Source: Adineta vaga (taxonomy: Eukaryota > Animalia > Rotifera). From it: DNA of 64,000 nt. The position numbers and the translations under genes were made by a program. The notes beneath the pieces are model-generated. The model was not told the origin of the DNA, searched no databases, and saw nothing but the letters and a program-made list of their open reading frames with translations. The stretch lies in assembly GCA_021613535.1 (NCBI GenBank), contig CP075492.1:15810001-15874000 (forward strand). Reading direction: 5' to 3'. Positions 39,556-52,067 of this stretch are shown piece after piece (position 1 is the first letter of the stretch; every line of letters starts with the position of its first letter).

Positions 39556-40566
39556 GTTCGAATTCTATAACAAATAATCGAGTTCGTTTTGCTAACGATT
39601 GTATGAAAGTAGATCTTAAAGAAAAGCGTGAAAGAACAGAACGAGCGAAATTCGTAGTAATACATCAAGAATACGCATCTACGCTGTTTTATTTTAGTAA
39701 AAACTAAGAAAAAGAAGTATTGAAATCAACTTCACTTTTAACGGGACATATACGCATGTTTTCAAGCATTATGAAGAAAAGAGAAACATTTTTGCTCGAT
39801 AAGCCAATGTTTTCGTTTGCAGCTTGCACTTTCTTCTTTTCTATTTGGTTTCTTCCAACAAGAAAAGAAATTCAGAATGTTTTCATAATCAGTACGAATA
39901 TGGAAGTAGATAGAGTTCATACATCCACGCATGCTCTCAAGATTTGGCTGTTATTTCTGACCATCTCAATTTGCGTATGAAAATCGAGAAGAAGCTATAT
40001 TAAAAGTTATTCTAAATAAATCTAAATATGTTCCTCGGGAATTAATTCATTCATCATGTACATCTTTCCGAGACAGGAGAACATTTACTTGTGCCATCTG
40101 AACGTGAACGCATTATGTTTAAATCTATGTTAACGAAATTTTCCAATTTAAATGATCAACAAATACGAGAAGTATTTTGAATAATTTTAATATTTCTATT
40201 CTGATTAAATTAAGAACAGAACCAATTCTTGATTTTAATCAACAACAAACATGTTCTAATACGGTTGTTTTGTTTACTTCAAATCTTCAACAATCGATGG
40301 TTTACGATGCTAATTTATTACGTGATTATGAATCTGATGTGCAAAATATACAATCCTTTTTATGACTATACAAAACTTGAATATTTATCAAACATTTTTC
40401 TAAAGTTTCCCTATCATTAGAAAAAATTCGCAGTCGAGACGAGGAAGTATGGGATGAGAAAATGGTTTTTTTTAGAAAGCCTGTTTTCATCTGTAAAATG
40501 TATTTTAAAGACGGCAAAAATGTATCTGTAATCATATCACTCTACTAAATTACGAAGTTTTGTGCT

Positions 40567-40788
40567 CAGGCTGACAAGATCGAAGAAAACACCTTTTTAT
40601 TATTCAAGAACGCATTTCTAAAGCGTAAAAATGGTGTTTCCCAACATTTCTTTGTCTGGTTGAAAAAATGCTCTTATTACGCGTTCATAGGCGCACGTTT
40701 TAACGCGTTAAAAAACTGTTTTTTACAAAAACAAAATAAAAATATAATTTTTTTCATAAGACGCATTTTCCCGATTTTGTCTGCCTGA
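40567..40788. mobile_element. MITE-like element with ~25-bp imperfect terminal inverted repeats
   Basis: tcaggctgacaagatcgaagaaaac vs reverse complement of the right end tcaggcagacaaaatcgggaaaatg; no clear TSD. Confidence 0.6.
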
Positions 40789-40815
40789 ACAATTCTTATT
40801 CGTTTTTATATCAAT

Positions 40816-42066
40816 ATGGCTGAATGTGAAAAGTTACGAATTAGTAAAGAATTTCTCGCTCATTATAAATGGCCTGTTGCATTCCGAAAAACAGTCCATG
40901 ACCGATGCTATTGTAATCGATGCTATCCTTCTTCTGGTCAAGATACTTTCCTTGTTGGCGGGCATACTTACGTAGTTCCTCGTGGATGGATTCGTTTGGG
41001 TGTAAATGTCGACGAAGCGTTTGCTCGTCATCATAATGTATGGAAAGAATGGGTAAACTGCTACCATGGAACGAGTATTGAAAGCGCTAAATCAATAGTT
41101 GAACATCGACAGTTACTTTTGCCTCGTGATACAACATTGGATGGTGAAAAGCTGCAAATACGCCCGGGTCATATTCCAGAAGAATATTACTTTTTTACCA
41201 CACCAACAATAAAATATGCCGCTCTCGATTGCTATGCTTGCACGTACAGCTTTACATCTCCAGGAGATGGCAGACACTATAAGATCAAAGTAGCACTTCA
41301 ATGCAAACAAAAATCAGATTCGTTTCTTGTTCAAGCAGAAACAGTAGGTGCACAACAAAAAAATCAAATAATATGCTCCCATATTCCCAACGATCAATTA
41401 GAATGGAAGACTCAACAACGCTCGGCAATCATGCCATATGGATTGATGCTTGAGATAAAGTATGACAGCAATGCTACAGATGATAATAATAGCAATAGTT
41501 CGGATAATACGAGAAATCTTCGAAAATTTGACTGCGCTCATTGTTTGCAACCCTACATTTGGGGGAACGATGCATATGTAGAAGGAAAAGTCATTAGTTG
41601 TCCACATGCGAATTGCAAAAGGAAGTTTCAACAACTTTGCTGTCCGCATTGTTCCGGTTCCATTGTATGGAGAAGTGCGAATTATAAGGAAGGCACCATC
41701 ACCACATGTCCACATGACGACTGTAGGAAAACGTTTCAACAACTTTCCTGTCCCCATTGTTCAGCTTCTATGCATTGGAAAGATGCAAACTACAAGGCAG
41801 GTACCGTTACTACTTGTCCACATGGGAACTGTAAAAAAAAGTTTCAACAGATTAACTGCCCTCATTGCTTTGGCTTTATAGCCTGGAAAGATGCAAATTA
41901 CAAGGAGGGCACTGTTACCACTTGTCCACATGTGAATTGCAAAAAGAAATTTCAACACATGAACTGCCCTTGTTGCTTTGGCTTTATCATGTGGAAAGAT
42001 GCAAATTATAAAAAAGGCTTGCGTATTACTTGTCCGTATGAAAATTGTAAAAAAACGTTCCAATAG
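40816..42066 (+). CDS. NEURL4-C-terminal-like ADP-ribosyltransferase-fold domain plus five 36-aa Cys-rich (zinc-binding) repeats; intronless
   Basis: CYCNRC...YVVPRGW...YHGT...FFTTPTIKYA...VALQC...LEW...PYGL, followed by five CPHC-x5-W...CPHxxCKKKFQ units. Confidence 0.8.
   Translation: MAECEKLRISKEFLAHYKWPVAFRKTVHDRCYCNRCYPSSGQDTFLVGGHTYVVPRGWIRLGVNVDEAFARHHNVWKEWVNCYHGTSIESAKSIVEHRQLLLPRDTTLDGEKLQIRPGHIPEEYYFFTTPTIKYAALDCYACTYSFTSPGDGRHYKIKVALQCKQKSDSFLVQAETVGAQQKNQIICSHIPNDQLEWKTQQRSAIMPYGLMLEIKYDSNATDDNNSNSSDNTRNLRKFDCAHCLQPYIWGNDAYVEGKVISCPHANCKRKFQQLCCPHCSGSIVWRSANYKEGTITTCPHDDCRKTFQQLSCPHCSASMHWKDANYKAGTVTTCPHGNCKKKFQQINCPHCFGFIAWKDANYKEGTVTTCPHVNCKKKFQHMNCPCCFGFIMWKDANYKKGLRITCPYENCKKTFQ
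41527..42063 (+). repeat. Coding tandem repeat, 5 x 108 bp
   Basis: tggaaagatgcaaa(c/t)ta recurs at 108-bp spacing. Confidence 0.9.
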
Positions 42067-43027
42067 ATTAACTGATCACATTGCTGTGAATTTCAAAACA
42101 TTTCGAATATTTTCTGCTTAAAAGAAACATTAAACTTAAATAAAGACACTTCTGCTTATGTAGATAAAAACTCTTTATATTTCAGGAAATATTTAGATTT
42201 TGGCAAGCAACTTATGAGGATATTTGCTATAATATTTTGTTTAATGTTATTTGTGCCATCTAATGAACGATTTAGTTTCGAGAGCGATTATGATCGAGTA
42301 CGGTTAAGTGTAAAATTGTATCCTTTATCGTCATCCTCATTTCTGTATCACTTGCATCTTCGCGAAACACACATATACACAAAATTCACTGAAACTTAAT
42401 TAGCTTTGCATTCATATTACGTGATGACAATCTATTGTACATTTTTTTTTCTTTCATAAAGATAATAGTAAAATGTGTTCGGTGTTCTCATTCTTGTTTT
42501 TATTTCTGTCGAATGATACACATAAAACAACAGCTATAATAAATCATCACCTCAACAAACAATTAACCTTACCATACTATTAACCAAACAGCTTTTCAAT
42601 AAGTACTATCATCATATATGTAGAGCACCCTATCAAAATAACAAGCGAAGAAAAAGAAAGCATGCATCTGTATCAACGCGTTAACGAAATACTATACAAG
42701 GAAAGATAATGAATAATCATATACAACGTGTTTCACTTATTTCCATCTCTAAACGAAATTGAAAACATGAAACGAGAAGAATGTGCATTTTATACAATAA
42801 TAAATCCTACGCTCTCCATCTATGCGAATTTCGATCGATATCATTTGTATAGTATTATATATCAAAAGATAATTTGTTCGCGCCATCTATCCGTCTTATG
42901 AATGAACAGTTCATTCATGTCCATTCCATTCATTATCATTCGAAAATAAGTGTCGATATTCTTTTTATGTTTATCTCGATATAAAACGACATGCCATGTA
43001 CTTTTTTTTATTCATTTCTATTTTACA

Positions 43028-45040
43028 ATGAAAACACACAATCGATTACAATTCGAACATTTAGCCAATGAACTTATTCAACTTATATTCGAATATTTAG
43101 CTGCTCATGAATTATTTTATTCTTTCAAAAAATTGAATCGACGATTAACGGCGATTGTTAAACGACAACCATTATGTTTACCGAATAATCGGCACATGAC
43201 TCTCGATGTTTATTATGATTATTTAACTTCAATCATACCTAAACATACTTCTCAATTTGTTTATCTTCATTTAACTGAACGATATGCACCACATGCAGTC
43301 GAATTCTTTCGAAGAGAAATACCTATTAATAAATTAACTTGGTTTTCATTAAAAGCTGTCACGATTGATGATCTTCCACTTGGTTTATTTGGACTTTTAC
43401 TATATGATACAACGGTTTTATCTCATGTTCATTCACTTTCTCTCAATTTTGCGTTTGATTGCTATCATCATTCGGAATATAAAATAGTAGCTGATTTTGC
43501 TTTTATTGTTCCAATACTTACCGAACTACCCAGATTACGTTCGCTTTATTTACGTATGCATTGTATTTACAGTAGTACATATCTCATTGGTCTTGAACGA
43601 GCTCGTCCTCAATTTGTTACACATCGAAATTTACATACGTTAATGATGAAGGAATGTTCACGAAATTTATTAGTTGAACTTCTCGACCAAGGTCATCTAC
43701 CAAAATTATGTCGATTACATGTTACTTTCTATGCGTAAGTATCTTTTCTATCATAAATGATAGTTTTGAAATGAAACTTCTTTGTAGAGCACATGATCCA
43801 CATGATGAAAAATTAATTCATCCCGAACCGTTGAAACAAATCTATGTACCTGAACTTCGTTATGTTAAAATTGAGTTACATGAAGGTGTTGGTTGGGTAT
43901 TTACATATCTTGAAGAACTTCAACGTGCTAGTCAACTTGAAGATTTAGTTATTCATGGATTTATGATCTCAAATGTTTTTGTTAGTGATGTTCCTCGAGT
44001 TGATGAACTTCGGCAATGGTTATTATTGACAAAATTCAAACAATTTACTTTTCGAATGAACATTGAAATGAGATGGTTTTCTAATTGTGAAGAAAGTCTT
44101 GATGCTTTTCTTGATGAATATAGACAAGTAATTGAAGACGAATCAGTGAAGAAATTACGAACGTTGAAGATCTTTTATCCATCGATGTCGCTCATCAAAC
44201 AAGTGAAAATGAATGAAAGTATTTTGGAAGAAGATGATGAGAGTATGAATTCCAGTAGAAGTAGTAATTTAGTACGTGATGATCCAGTAAACGAGAATTG
44301 TGAAGAAGTAAGTAGAAAGATTTTTGTTTTTTACAAAGATATTTATATACTATATGGTAGATGGAAATCTATGAGATGGAATATATGCGTGATGAACTGA
44401 TCAAATGTACAAAAGAAATACCATGTTGGCATCGTTTGAGAAAAATAAATCTCGAAGGTGATGTTCCAGATAATGAGTAAGTTATTGTACTTCATATTGC
44501 TGTTTGTTTTGAAATTACTTTAGTGGTTTTGTTGGAGACAATATTCCTTATATGTTACACATTGTCCAACGTTCGCCATATTTTCGTGAACTTCATATTA
44601 AATCAGATCTTGATTTTGGTCGTGTATTAGCGTCGAGCAATGAACTTGGTATTTTACTTTCTTCTCAACTTGAAATACTTTCTTTTACAGGAGAAGAAGC
44701 AAATTGTTCACTTCTTGATTTAGTCAATATTATTGATAAGCTTTTCTCATATTCATCATCACCTTGCTTAAAACAATTGACTTTTAAAGTTGATGCACAT
44801 CCACGTTCTTGGCTTACTGTTCGTCATTTAGTTCGTGGAATTGGCAAGATGTTCGATCGATTTCCAAAACTTAATCGTTTTAATTTACATTGTCCAGAAT
44901 GTTCAGCTTTTCAAGAACGAAAATATAATTTATCTGAATTAGCACCACAATGGTCAGTTTTATCTTCACTTCGACGACCATGGATAGTTCGTTCATATGA
45001 ATATAGACATAAACCTCATATACTTGAAATTTGGTTGTAA
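43028..45040 (+). CDS. F-box domain protein with LRR-like body
   Basis: FEHLANELIQLIFEYL...LFYSFKKLNRRL F-box; three short introns join ORFs 42950, 43708 and 44552. Confidence 0.8.
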
Positions 45041-45718
45041 ATAGTTCTTTTTCTTTGTTGTAGAAAATAAAGATGAATGGAAAATGTATAGATCTTGCAT
45101 AGATTTATATCGCTTCTCGTACTGCAACAGGCTATAGTCTTTAAAAATAACTGTGTATCAATAAAACGTTTTTCAAATGAGTACACGACCGAATTATTTG
45201 TAGAAGTATTCTTCGGATAATCTAAATGTACACAAAGTGGTAAACAATTATGGCTGTCTATCATATCTTTCTGATGAGAACAAAAACTTCGTCTCACTAT
45301 TCATTTGTTTATTGGTGCAAATCTTCTTTCGCTTAGTTAATCTTAATACTAATGATCAATTAACGTTGGTTGAAATTTCAACATACAATATTTCCTTTTC
45401 CTTTTAATACTAGCATGCGTATTAACGCATTGGAACATCGTTCATTGTCTCTTTTTCTTGATGCATTGCTTGAATCGTGCCATTAATCTTTCTCAATCCG
45501 CTATTAAATGCACTATTTTTCTTTATCTCTAACGTTTCTTTCATCAGTCACATTCGTCTCGTTATCCTATTCAATCTAATAGTTGCTCGGAAAGTATATT
45601 TAATCAGTGATATATGAAACGCAGAAGAACATGACTTCTAAATAGTATCATTTTTAAAACTATCTAAAATATTTCTAATAACAATACTGACAGTTGAACG
45701 TTGAAGATAGAAAAAAAA

Positions 45719-47216
45719 ATGTCCAGTGATAGTGATTTTGCATCTTCTATTAATTACGTCACGACACAAATCAATCGTCATTTAGCTTTGATTATACTTC
45801 TTTTTGGTACTGTGGGTAATATATTGAACATTGTGGTTTTAAGTGAACAAAATTTGAACAAAATTCCATGTACAAATTATCTTTATTGATCTTCGATGTC
45901 AGCAGTAGTATTTATTTGGTCAGCATTGTTAACACGAGTTCTACAAGGGTAAGATAGAAATATTTTCGAATAAGAAGGACTGAGTGTAGTTGAAGCTTAG
46001 ATTAATATGTAGTACGAGAAGAAAAATTTACAAATTGTTACCTTTTGACACTTTCTAAACTCCCATCAAATCTTGTGTAAAGATAATATTTCGATTGTCA
46101 ACCCATTTGTACTGAGAAAATCTTGTTTGTCATACAAAATTTTAGTTACTCTGTCAATTGGCCAAATGAAAGTCGACCTCTATGTAAAATCCGCTTATAT
46201 ATACTCAGTGTTACTTGGGCAGTTACCATTTGGGCACTTGTTGTAGCAAGTATTGATCGATTCTTATGTAGTAGTCGTTCGGCTGCTTATCGTCGATTGA
46301 GTTCGATTCGAACGGAAAGACGTTACTTAATTGTAATTTTCTTATTCTTTGCACTTGTTTTTATCGAAACAATCTATTGTTTCGAAGCAAGTGTACCCAA
46401 TGTTCCTGTTGCTTGTTATGGTCAAAATTTAGCCTGTCGAATCTCTAATGATTGGATGTCTTTATCGTTCGATATTATTTTACCAAGCATCTTTTTAGCC
46501 ATTTTTGGTTCATTAACCATTCGGACTGCTCAAACAATAATGGTTCGTCCGATGATGGTCTCAATTCAGAACATTGGTACACACCATAATGCAAAGTTAG
46601 TACGAAATAATGAACGGAATCTTACCAGAATGTTATTAATCCAGGTTAGTTTATACATTTTTTCAATTCCTACTAAGAATTGTCAAATCTTATAGCAATG
46701 AATGAAGGGTCTATTATATCTATTTTTTTTATATAGCATTGTAGATTCTAGTGATCGATTTGTCAAGGTGAAACTACTTGTTTTAGGATCTATTTAGTCG
46801 ATTGATAACGATTAGAGTCAAATGCAGATAGTAAAAGAACACCATTCTGTTGCGATCATAATTAAGAAAGATCTATGCGTTGTAAACAATAGAGAGTGGA
46901 CAATTCTTTACAGTGATAAAAGTGAATTATATTTCTGAAAATAAAAGTATTTTTATGAGTATTTCAGATGTTCATTGTTTTTGTTCTGGATTTACCGTTT
47001 GGAATTTATCGTCTGTATGCCACCATAATATCCAATGTTATTAAAAATGCAATACGTCTCGCTATTGAAAACTTAATATATGCTTTGGTGATACTTCTCA
47101 AGTTTTTTACACATTCTATCTCCTTTTATTTATATACACTCACTGGTACACTTTATTATGCGGCATTCAAACGTCTCGTACGACGTTACCTGTATCGAAT
47201 ACGACCCGCAAATTAA
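45719..47216 (+). pseudogene. Rhodopsin-like GPCR with one in-frame TGA (45887-45889)
   Basis: Three exons (45719-45948, ~46146-46644, 46968-47216); GTVGNILN, CKIRLY, SIDRF, SFYLYTL; frame continues SSMSAVVFIW after the TGA. Confidence 0.75.
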
Positions 47217-47279
47217 CAATCGAGAGACATCGAAATAAACTTTATTTATTCATTGAATTGGTTAGAAAACATATTTTCG

Positions 47280-47700
47280 TCATATTAAAATGAATTCAAA
47301 TTTAATTGTTCGCTCTATTATATTCCGCAATAATGTCTGAATTTCCAATGCTTTCTTTATTAACCATTGCTCATTTCCATACGAATTTTTCGCGATTTCC
47401 AATGTTATTTTCTTTAATGTTGCACATAAATGTAACGAAGGTTTCCATTGATCACTATTCAAAAAATATTCGACATTATATTTGTTACCTCTTAATGTTA
47501 GAACAGAGGAAAAAAATACCTGATAACATTACAAAATATACATCAGAGATATATTGAACAAGAGAAAAAATATGACTGCAAAGAACAATCTTGAAAAAGT
47601 TTTTCAAAGGATAATATTCGAGATATCTTTTGAAAATTGCAATAAGTTGAACGTTCAGGATGAGAGTGTCGGTATTATTCTTCCATCCTCAAGTCTCATA
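47280..47700 (-). pseudogene. Decayed 3' fragment of an F-box/LRR-like gene
   Basis: LKKITLEI...EQWLIKKALEIQTLL...IKFEF resembles tails of this family; no long ORF. Confidence 0.35.
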
Positions 47701-47740
47701 TTTATTCCCATATTGATCACATAGCTCATAATCTGACATT

Positions 47741-47799
47741 CAGAGTGTGGGTGTGGGTGTAACATATACTAATACCACACCCACCCACGCGCACATCTG
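47741..47799. repeat. Telomere-like palindromic hairpin element
   Basis: cagagtgtgggtgtgggtgt - spacer - accacacccacccacgcgcacatctg. Confidence 0.8.
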
Positions 47800-48430
47800 T
47801 AGTGAGATTATCAAGAATATTTATAGAATTTTCCATCGACGAAATAGAATCGAGATCGATTATTATTATTGTTCTAGTATTATTTTGATCCCAAGTAACT
47901 TTAGTATTTAGAAAAACGATGATGTCTGTTTCTTTTATTTCTGCATTCTAGATAAGAATTGTGCACAAAAGACGTTTTTTTTGTTAGATATTTAGTATAT
48001 CAGTGATGTCTCAATCATACGTGAGTGATATGAAGAGTTTTCGGGAAGTCCTTCGTTTTGACTTATTCTATAACGATTGTTTTTATTTATGAAACAAAAA
48101 GTTGACCTATTTCGATGAACAGACTTTTGTATTAGAACAATGTAAGTGTCATCAGCGAGAGATAAATAAGGGTATAAAAACAATATATACACACCCATCC
48201 ATACCTTCAATAAATATTCTAATATAGAATAATGACTAGTATAGTTACGCATGTCTATATCTTTCAGTTCTTCACATTTTTATCGATGTTAATAACTTTT
48301 TGTCAGCATGATGTTGATGATGACTGTGTTAGTAGTAAGTATTTAACTTTCTTCTTTATCACAATGTTCTTTTAAAATATTATCTTCTACAAAAACTCTA
48401 ACATCTATACTTTGCTTATAAACTGTGTTG

Positions 48431-49835
48431 ATGAAGGTAAGATATTATTTCGTATAGTAACACATGTTTCATTTTCACTGTTTCTTCTTGTTTTTCTAGT
48501 TCATTTTATTTTTCGTGCTATTTGGTGCAGTTATAGCTGATTTATCACTTGAATGGGATAAATTTAAACATGATTATAATAAACAATATAAAACAATTGC
48601 CGAAGAAATTGAACGTAAACAAATATTCATTGAAAATGTTGAACGAATGTATTCTTATCAAAAGACCCATCCTAATCTAACATTTACAATGGCAATTAAT
48701 CATTTTTCAGATCGGCGTATGGAAGTAATTGTTACTTTTTTTTACATATAAATCAATGTATGATCGTATTTCTATTGCAGGAACTTGGATATAAAGGAAG
48801 AAGTTATATTAGATCTTCTGCAACATCATTTCAAAGCTCTGTTGAAGTGAAGGACTTACCTGAGTCGCTTGATTGGCGTGTAAAAGGTGTAATTACAGAC
48901 ATAAATAATGAATTGGGAACAATTATCACTGCTGTTGTTAGTACCGGTTAGTATTGAAGACGAATATTAAATAAAGAGACTTATATGATCGTATTATTGC
49001 ACAGAGGTTGTCGAAAGTCTTCATGCGATCGAAACTCATCAACTTATTCAAGGTAGTACTGCACAAGTATTCGATTGTTGTCCACAACCAATTGATGCTT
49101 TTGATTGTATCAAGAATATGAGTGGTATTTGTCGTAAGAGTGACTATCCAAAACCACTTGGTAAGTGTGAACCCAATAAATGTCAACCATTTGCTACAGT
49201 AAGTTCATTCATATTTTCATCCACAGATTTATGAGTTTTTGTCAAATTTTAGTTTGATACAATCAAGAGATTGGAAGAGCCTGATGAAAACAAAATGTTA
49301 GTTTGGATTCAAGAGTCTACTCTCTGGGCAGAAATGAATACTGCTGGAGAAGGTTTTCGTACCTACAGTGGAGGTATACACTATTTGGTTTAGTAATAGA
49401 ATTAGTATTTTCCTTCTTCTTCTTCTTCTTCTTCCAGGTATTTATGATGTACCTTCATGTTCAAAAGGTCCTGTGGATTATGTGGTAAAGAATAGGAGAT
49501 CCTATAATTGTTGATATAGTTCATCTTTTAGGTGCAAATTATTGGTTATGGTAGCGAAGAAGGAACGCCATACTGGTTAGGCAGACTCAGTTGGAGTGAG
49601 CACAAATTAACGAGAAGTTTTTTCATAATTATTTTTCTTAAACATAGGCGAAAATTGGGGTGAAAAAGGTTACTTTCGAATTGCACGTGGAAAGAATATG
49701 TGTGGTATTGCCAATGTAGTCATACAAGTGGCTAATACGAAGAAGAGTAATGCCAATCAACAATATACATGGGGTTCTATATACTTCATCGTTTTATTAT
49801 CACTCATTACTCAGAGAATTATTACTTATTCTTAA
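48431..49835 (+). CDS. Papain/cathepsin L-like (C1A) protein with I29 prodomain, catalytic residues replaced, hydrophobic C-terminal tail
   Basis: MK|FILFFVLFGAVIA signal, ERFNIN-like prodomain, INHFSD, LPESLDWR, IIGYG, YW and WGEKGYFRIARGKNMCGIA; ~8 exons. Confidence 0.85.
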
Positions 49836-49950
49836 TACAGAACATTTGATTTCATTCATTCTAATTGTCTAGAATAAATTCATCACTGATTACGATCCAA
49901 CAGAAAATTCGAAAAAATAAAAATTTTTATACAGCTAGATCTATCATATT

Positions 49951-50054
49951 AGGGTGTGTGTAGATAGAGATACTGATTTGCACTCATCCACACCCTCTTG
50001 AAGGTGTGGGCGTGGATGAGGGTATTGATTAATTATCCACACCCACAAACTTCA
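49951..50054. repeat. Two adjacent telomere-like hairpin elements
   Basis: agggtgtg...catccacaccct, then tgaaggtgtgggcgtggat...atccacacccacaaacttca; follows AATAAA at 49873 and 49916. Confidence 0.75.
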
Positions 50055-50460
50055 TCTAAAAAATCTTCTTCATGTGTGCCACTAGTATATTTGAAATCCT
50101 TCTCTTCCCCATCGCTACATGTGAAATTTCGAATAGTGTGAAAACGATATGACTCTTCACATTGAAACCCTGGATCATTAACACAATAAAATCTCATATC
50201 TAAATTGAGGTCAGTCAATGCTGGATGATGTTCATCAGTACTATCTAAGCAATCTAGATTTCGAAGATCATCGTCTAAGAATTGTTCAGCTTTGCACAAA
50301 CCATTGCGACATCGATATTCGTTTTTCTCAGTCATTTATTTAAAATTCATCTCATCAATCGCATCGCTAAAACGATCTATTCGTCCATCACATACTTCAT
50401 GCCAATCAAGACACAAAAGCAAAAACCCATGGTTACCCTCGATATGAATGTAACAGGTTA
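50033..50460 (-). pseudogene. LDL-receptor class A repeat fragment of the LDLa/EGF family
   Basis: TCYIHI...CLDWHEVCDGRID; EYRCRNGLC...DCLDSTDE; FTCSDG; with stops. Confidence 0.6.
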
Positions 50461-52067
50461 AATTGGCAAGTTACAGTATAGAATGAGTCGATAAGGATTT
50501 CGAAAATCTTGATAAAATTGACTATAGTCAATAATACCGTGAAGCACTTTATAATATAAACAATAGTAGTACAAATCGGATTCATTTACTGGATTAATAA
50601 AGCAAAGATTAAACTATAGACAATGAGAAACTTAAAATCAGGAGAATATCAAGGTATGTGTGCATTATGAAAAAGAAAAGATTGATTTATACTCTGCTTT
50701 GAAAAACTTCTTAGTCAATATTTATGAATATCAGACGTGACATGATGATTTAAAGTTTTTTTTGTTATTCACGTTTGCAATAAGACGTATGTTATCTTTG
50801 AAGTCTTTCGTTCTATCCTTACTCTTTCCCTTTTTCATTGTTATGAATCTGAATTTGGTAGATCTCTGATGGGTTCATACAGGTGCGTATCGGTGGAGCA
50901 TGGGTTGAGCATTACATCTTTCTTGTTTTGGAAATTTCTGTTCCTTTCGATCAATAAAATCGAAAAAAAAGAGTTTTCAGGAGTATTTCTTTGATAGGTT
51001 TGAACGAACGAAGATGGTGCGTCTTCCGTCTTGGATATCTCGCTACACTTCTGACTTCATAAATCCATATCCTCATCCTAATTATTTTCAATATTTACAT
51101 GATACTCTATTTTACCGAATAAAATACAATGAATGAAATAAGAATATCAAGACAAAACCAAAGAATATTGAAAACATTTTAAGAAGTTTTCTTTTATTAT
51201 ATAATTTTAATATTTAATTCAAGGTCAAAGTGTGATTTCAAATGATTTATATGTAGATGTTATTTGAACGAGAACATATGAGTGATTACATTATTTACAT
51301 GGAATAAATTAAAAAAGATAAGAGAAAATAAAATATTAGTTTAAGCTATGCACGACTTTCAAAGGAAGCAAGAAAAGGAAAAACGACATTCCGGTTTTCT
51401 TTATGAAAATTTTTCTTATCTGAAACATGATTTTGAATGAATATGTCGTCAAATTTCATCGATCTTTCAATCATTATCACAGTTCAATTTATTTTCTCTC
51501 GAGGTTCCTTGCTTATTAGATAAGAAACATTGAACTAAATTCTTGTACAATTATTTCGACGTGAGTTTTTAAATTAAATCGATTTGCTTAATTTTGAGCC
51601 ATTCGTCATGGCAGAAAATGATTTGAAATAGATGAACAGATGTCAATTTTCACATATGAAAAATATTTTATCAGGAAAATGTAACAAAGATTCTCTTGTA
51701 GATTCAGTTTTAGGAAGCTTCTCTCTCTCTCTTTCAAACATCGCTCTGAACTTAAAAAACATTTCAACAGAGTAATCTTTGAGCTTATGATAGGACGTCT
51801 ATAATATACTTTTCAGGAGTAGGTATCGGATTTGAGTTCGAATATAAATGATGATTTTAGAAAGACACTTATTGATAGATAAATATTTAGTATTTGTTAC
51901 TTTTATATCGAAAAAATAATTCATTATTCCGATATCTCTATTGATTAGTCTTTGTAATCTTTTCAAAACTCATGCGTTTATTTTTAGAGCAAAACATAAC
52001 TATTGCCTGTTACTGTTCAATATCAACATCAAGTTTTCTTCGAAATATTCTTTCATTCATTGATTTA

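Noticed and set aside
40000-40430. Coding-like remnant upstream of the MITE
   Set aside because: Short broken frames with no recognisable motif.
41527-42063. Regularly spaced repeats as a CRISPR-like array
   Set aside because: They are 108-bp in-frame coding repeats with homologous intervening sequence, in a eukaryotic context with no cas genes.
40834-42063. Antisense and alternate-frame ORFs over the ART gene (similarly 4296-4580, 8164-8412, 18790-18972, 21901-22086)
   Set aside because: Shadows of real coding sequence with no motifs of their own.
1871-45889. In-frame TGAs as selenocysteine or an alternative genetic code
   Set aside because: TGA ends intact genes here (8516, 17613, 25526), TGG encodes Trp throughout, and the positions are not redox Cys sites; no SECIS was recognised.
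47741-47799. A true telomere or telomere fusion site
   Set aside because: Only 2-4 degenerate units per arm, repeated at many interstitial sites; too short for a telomeric tract.
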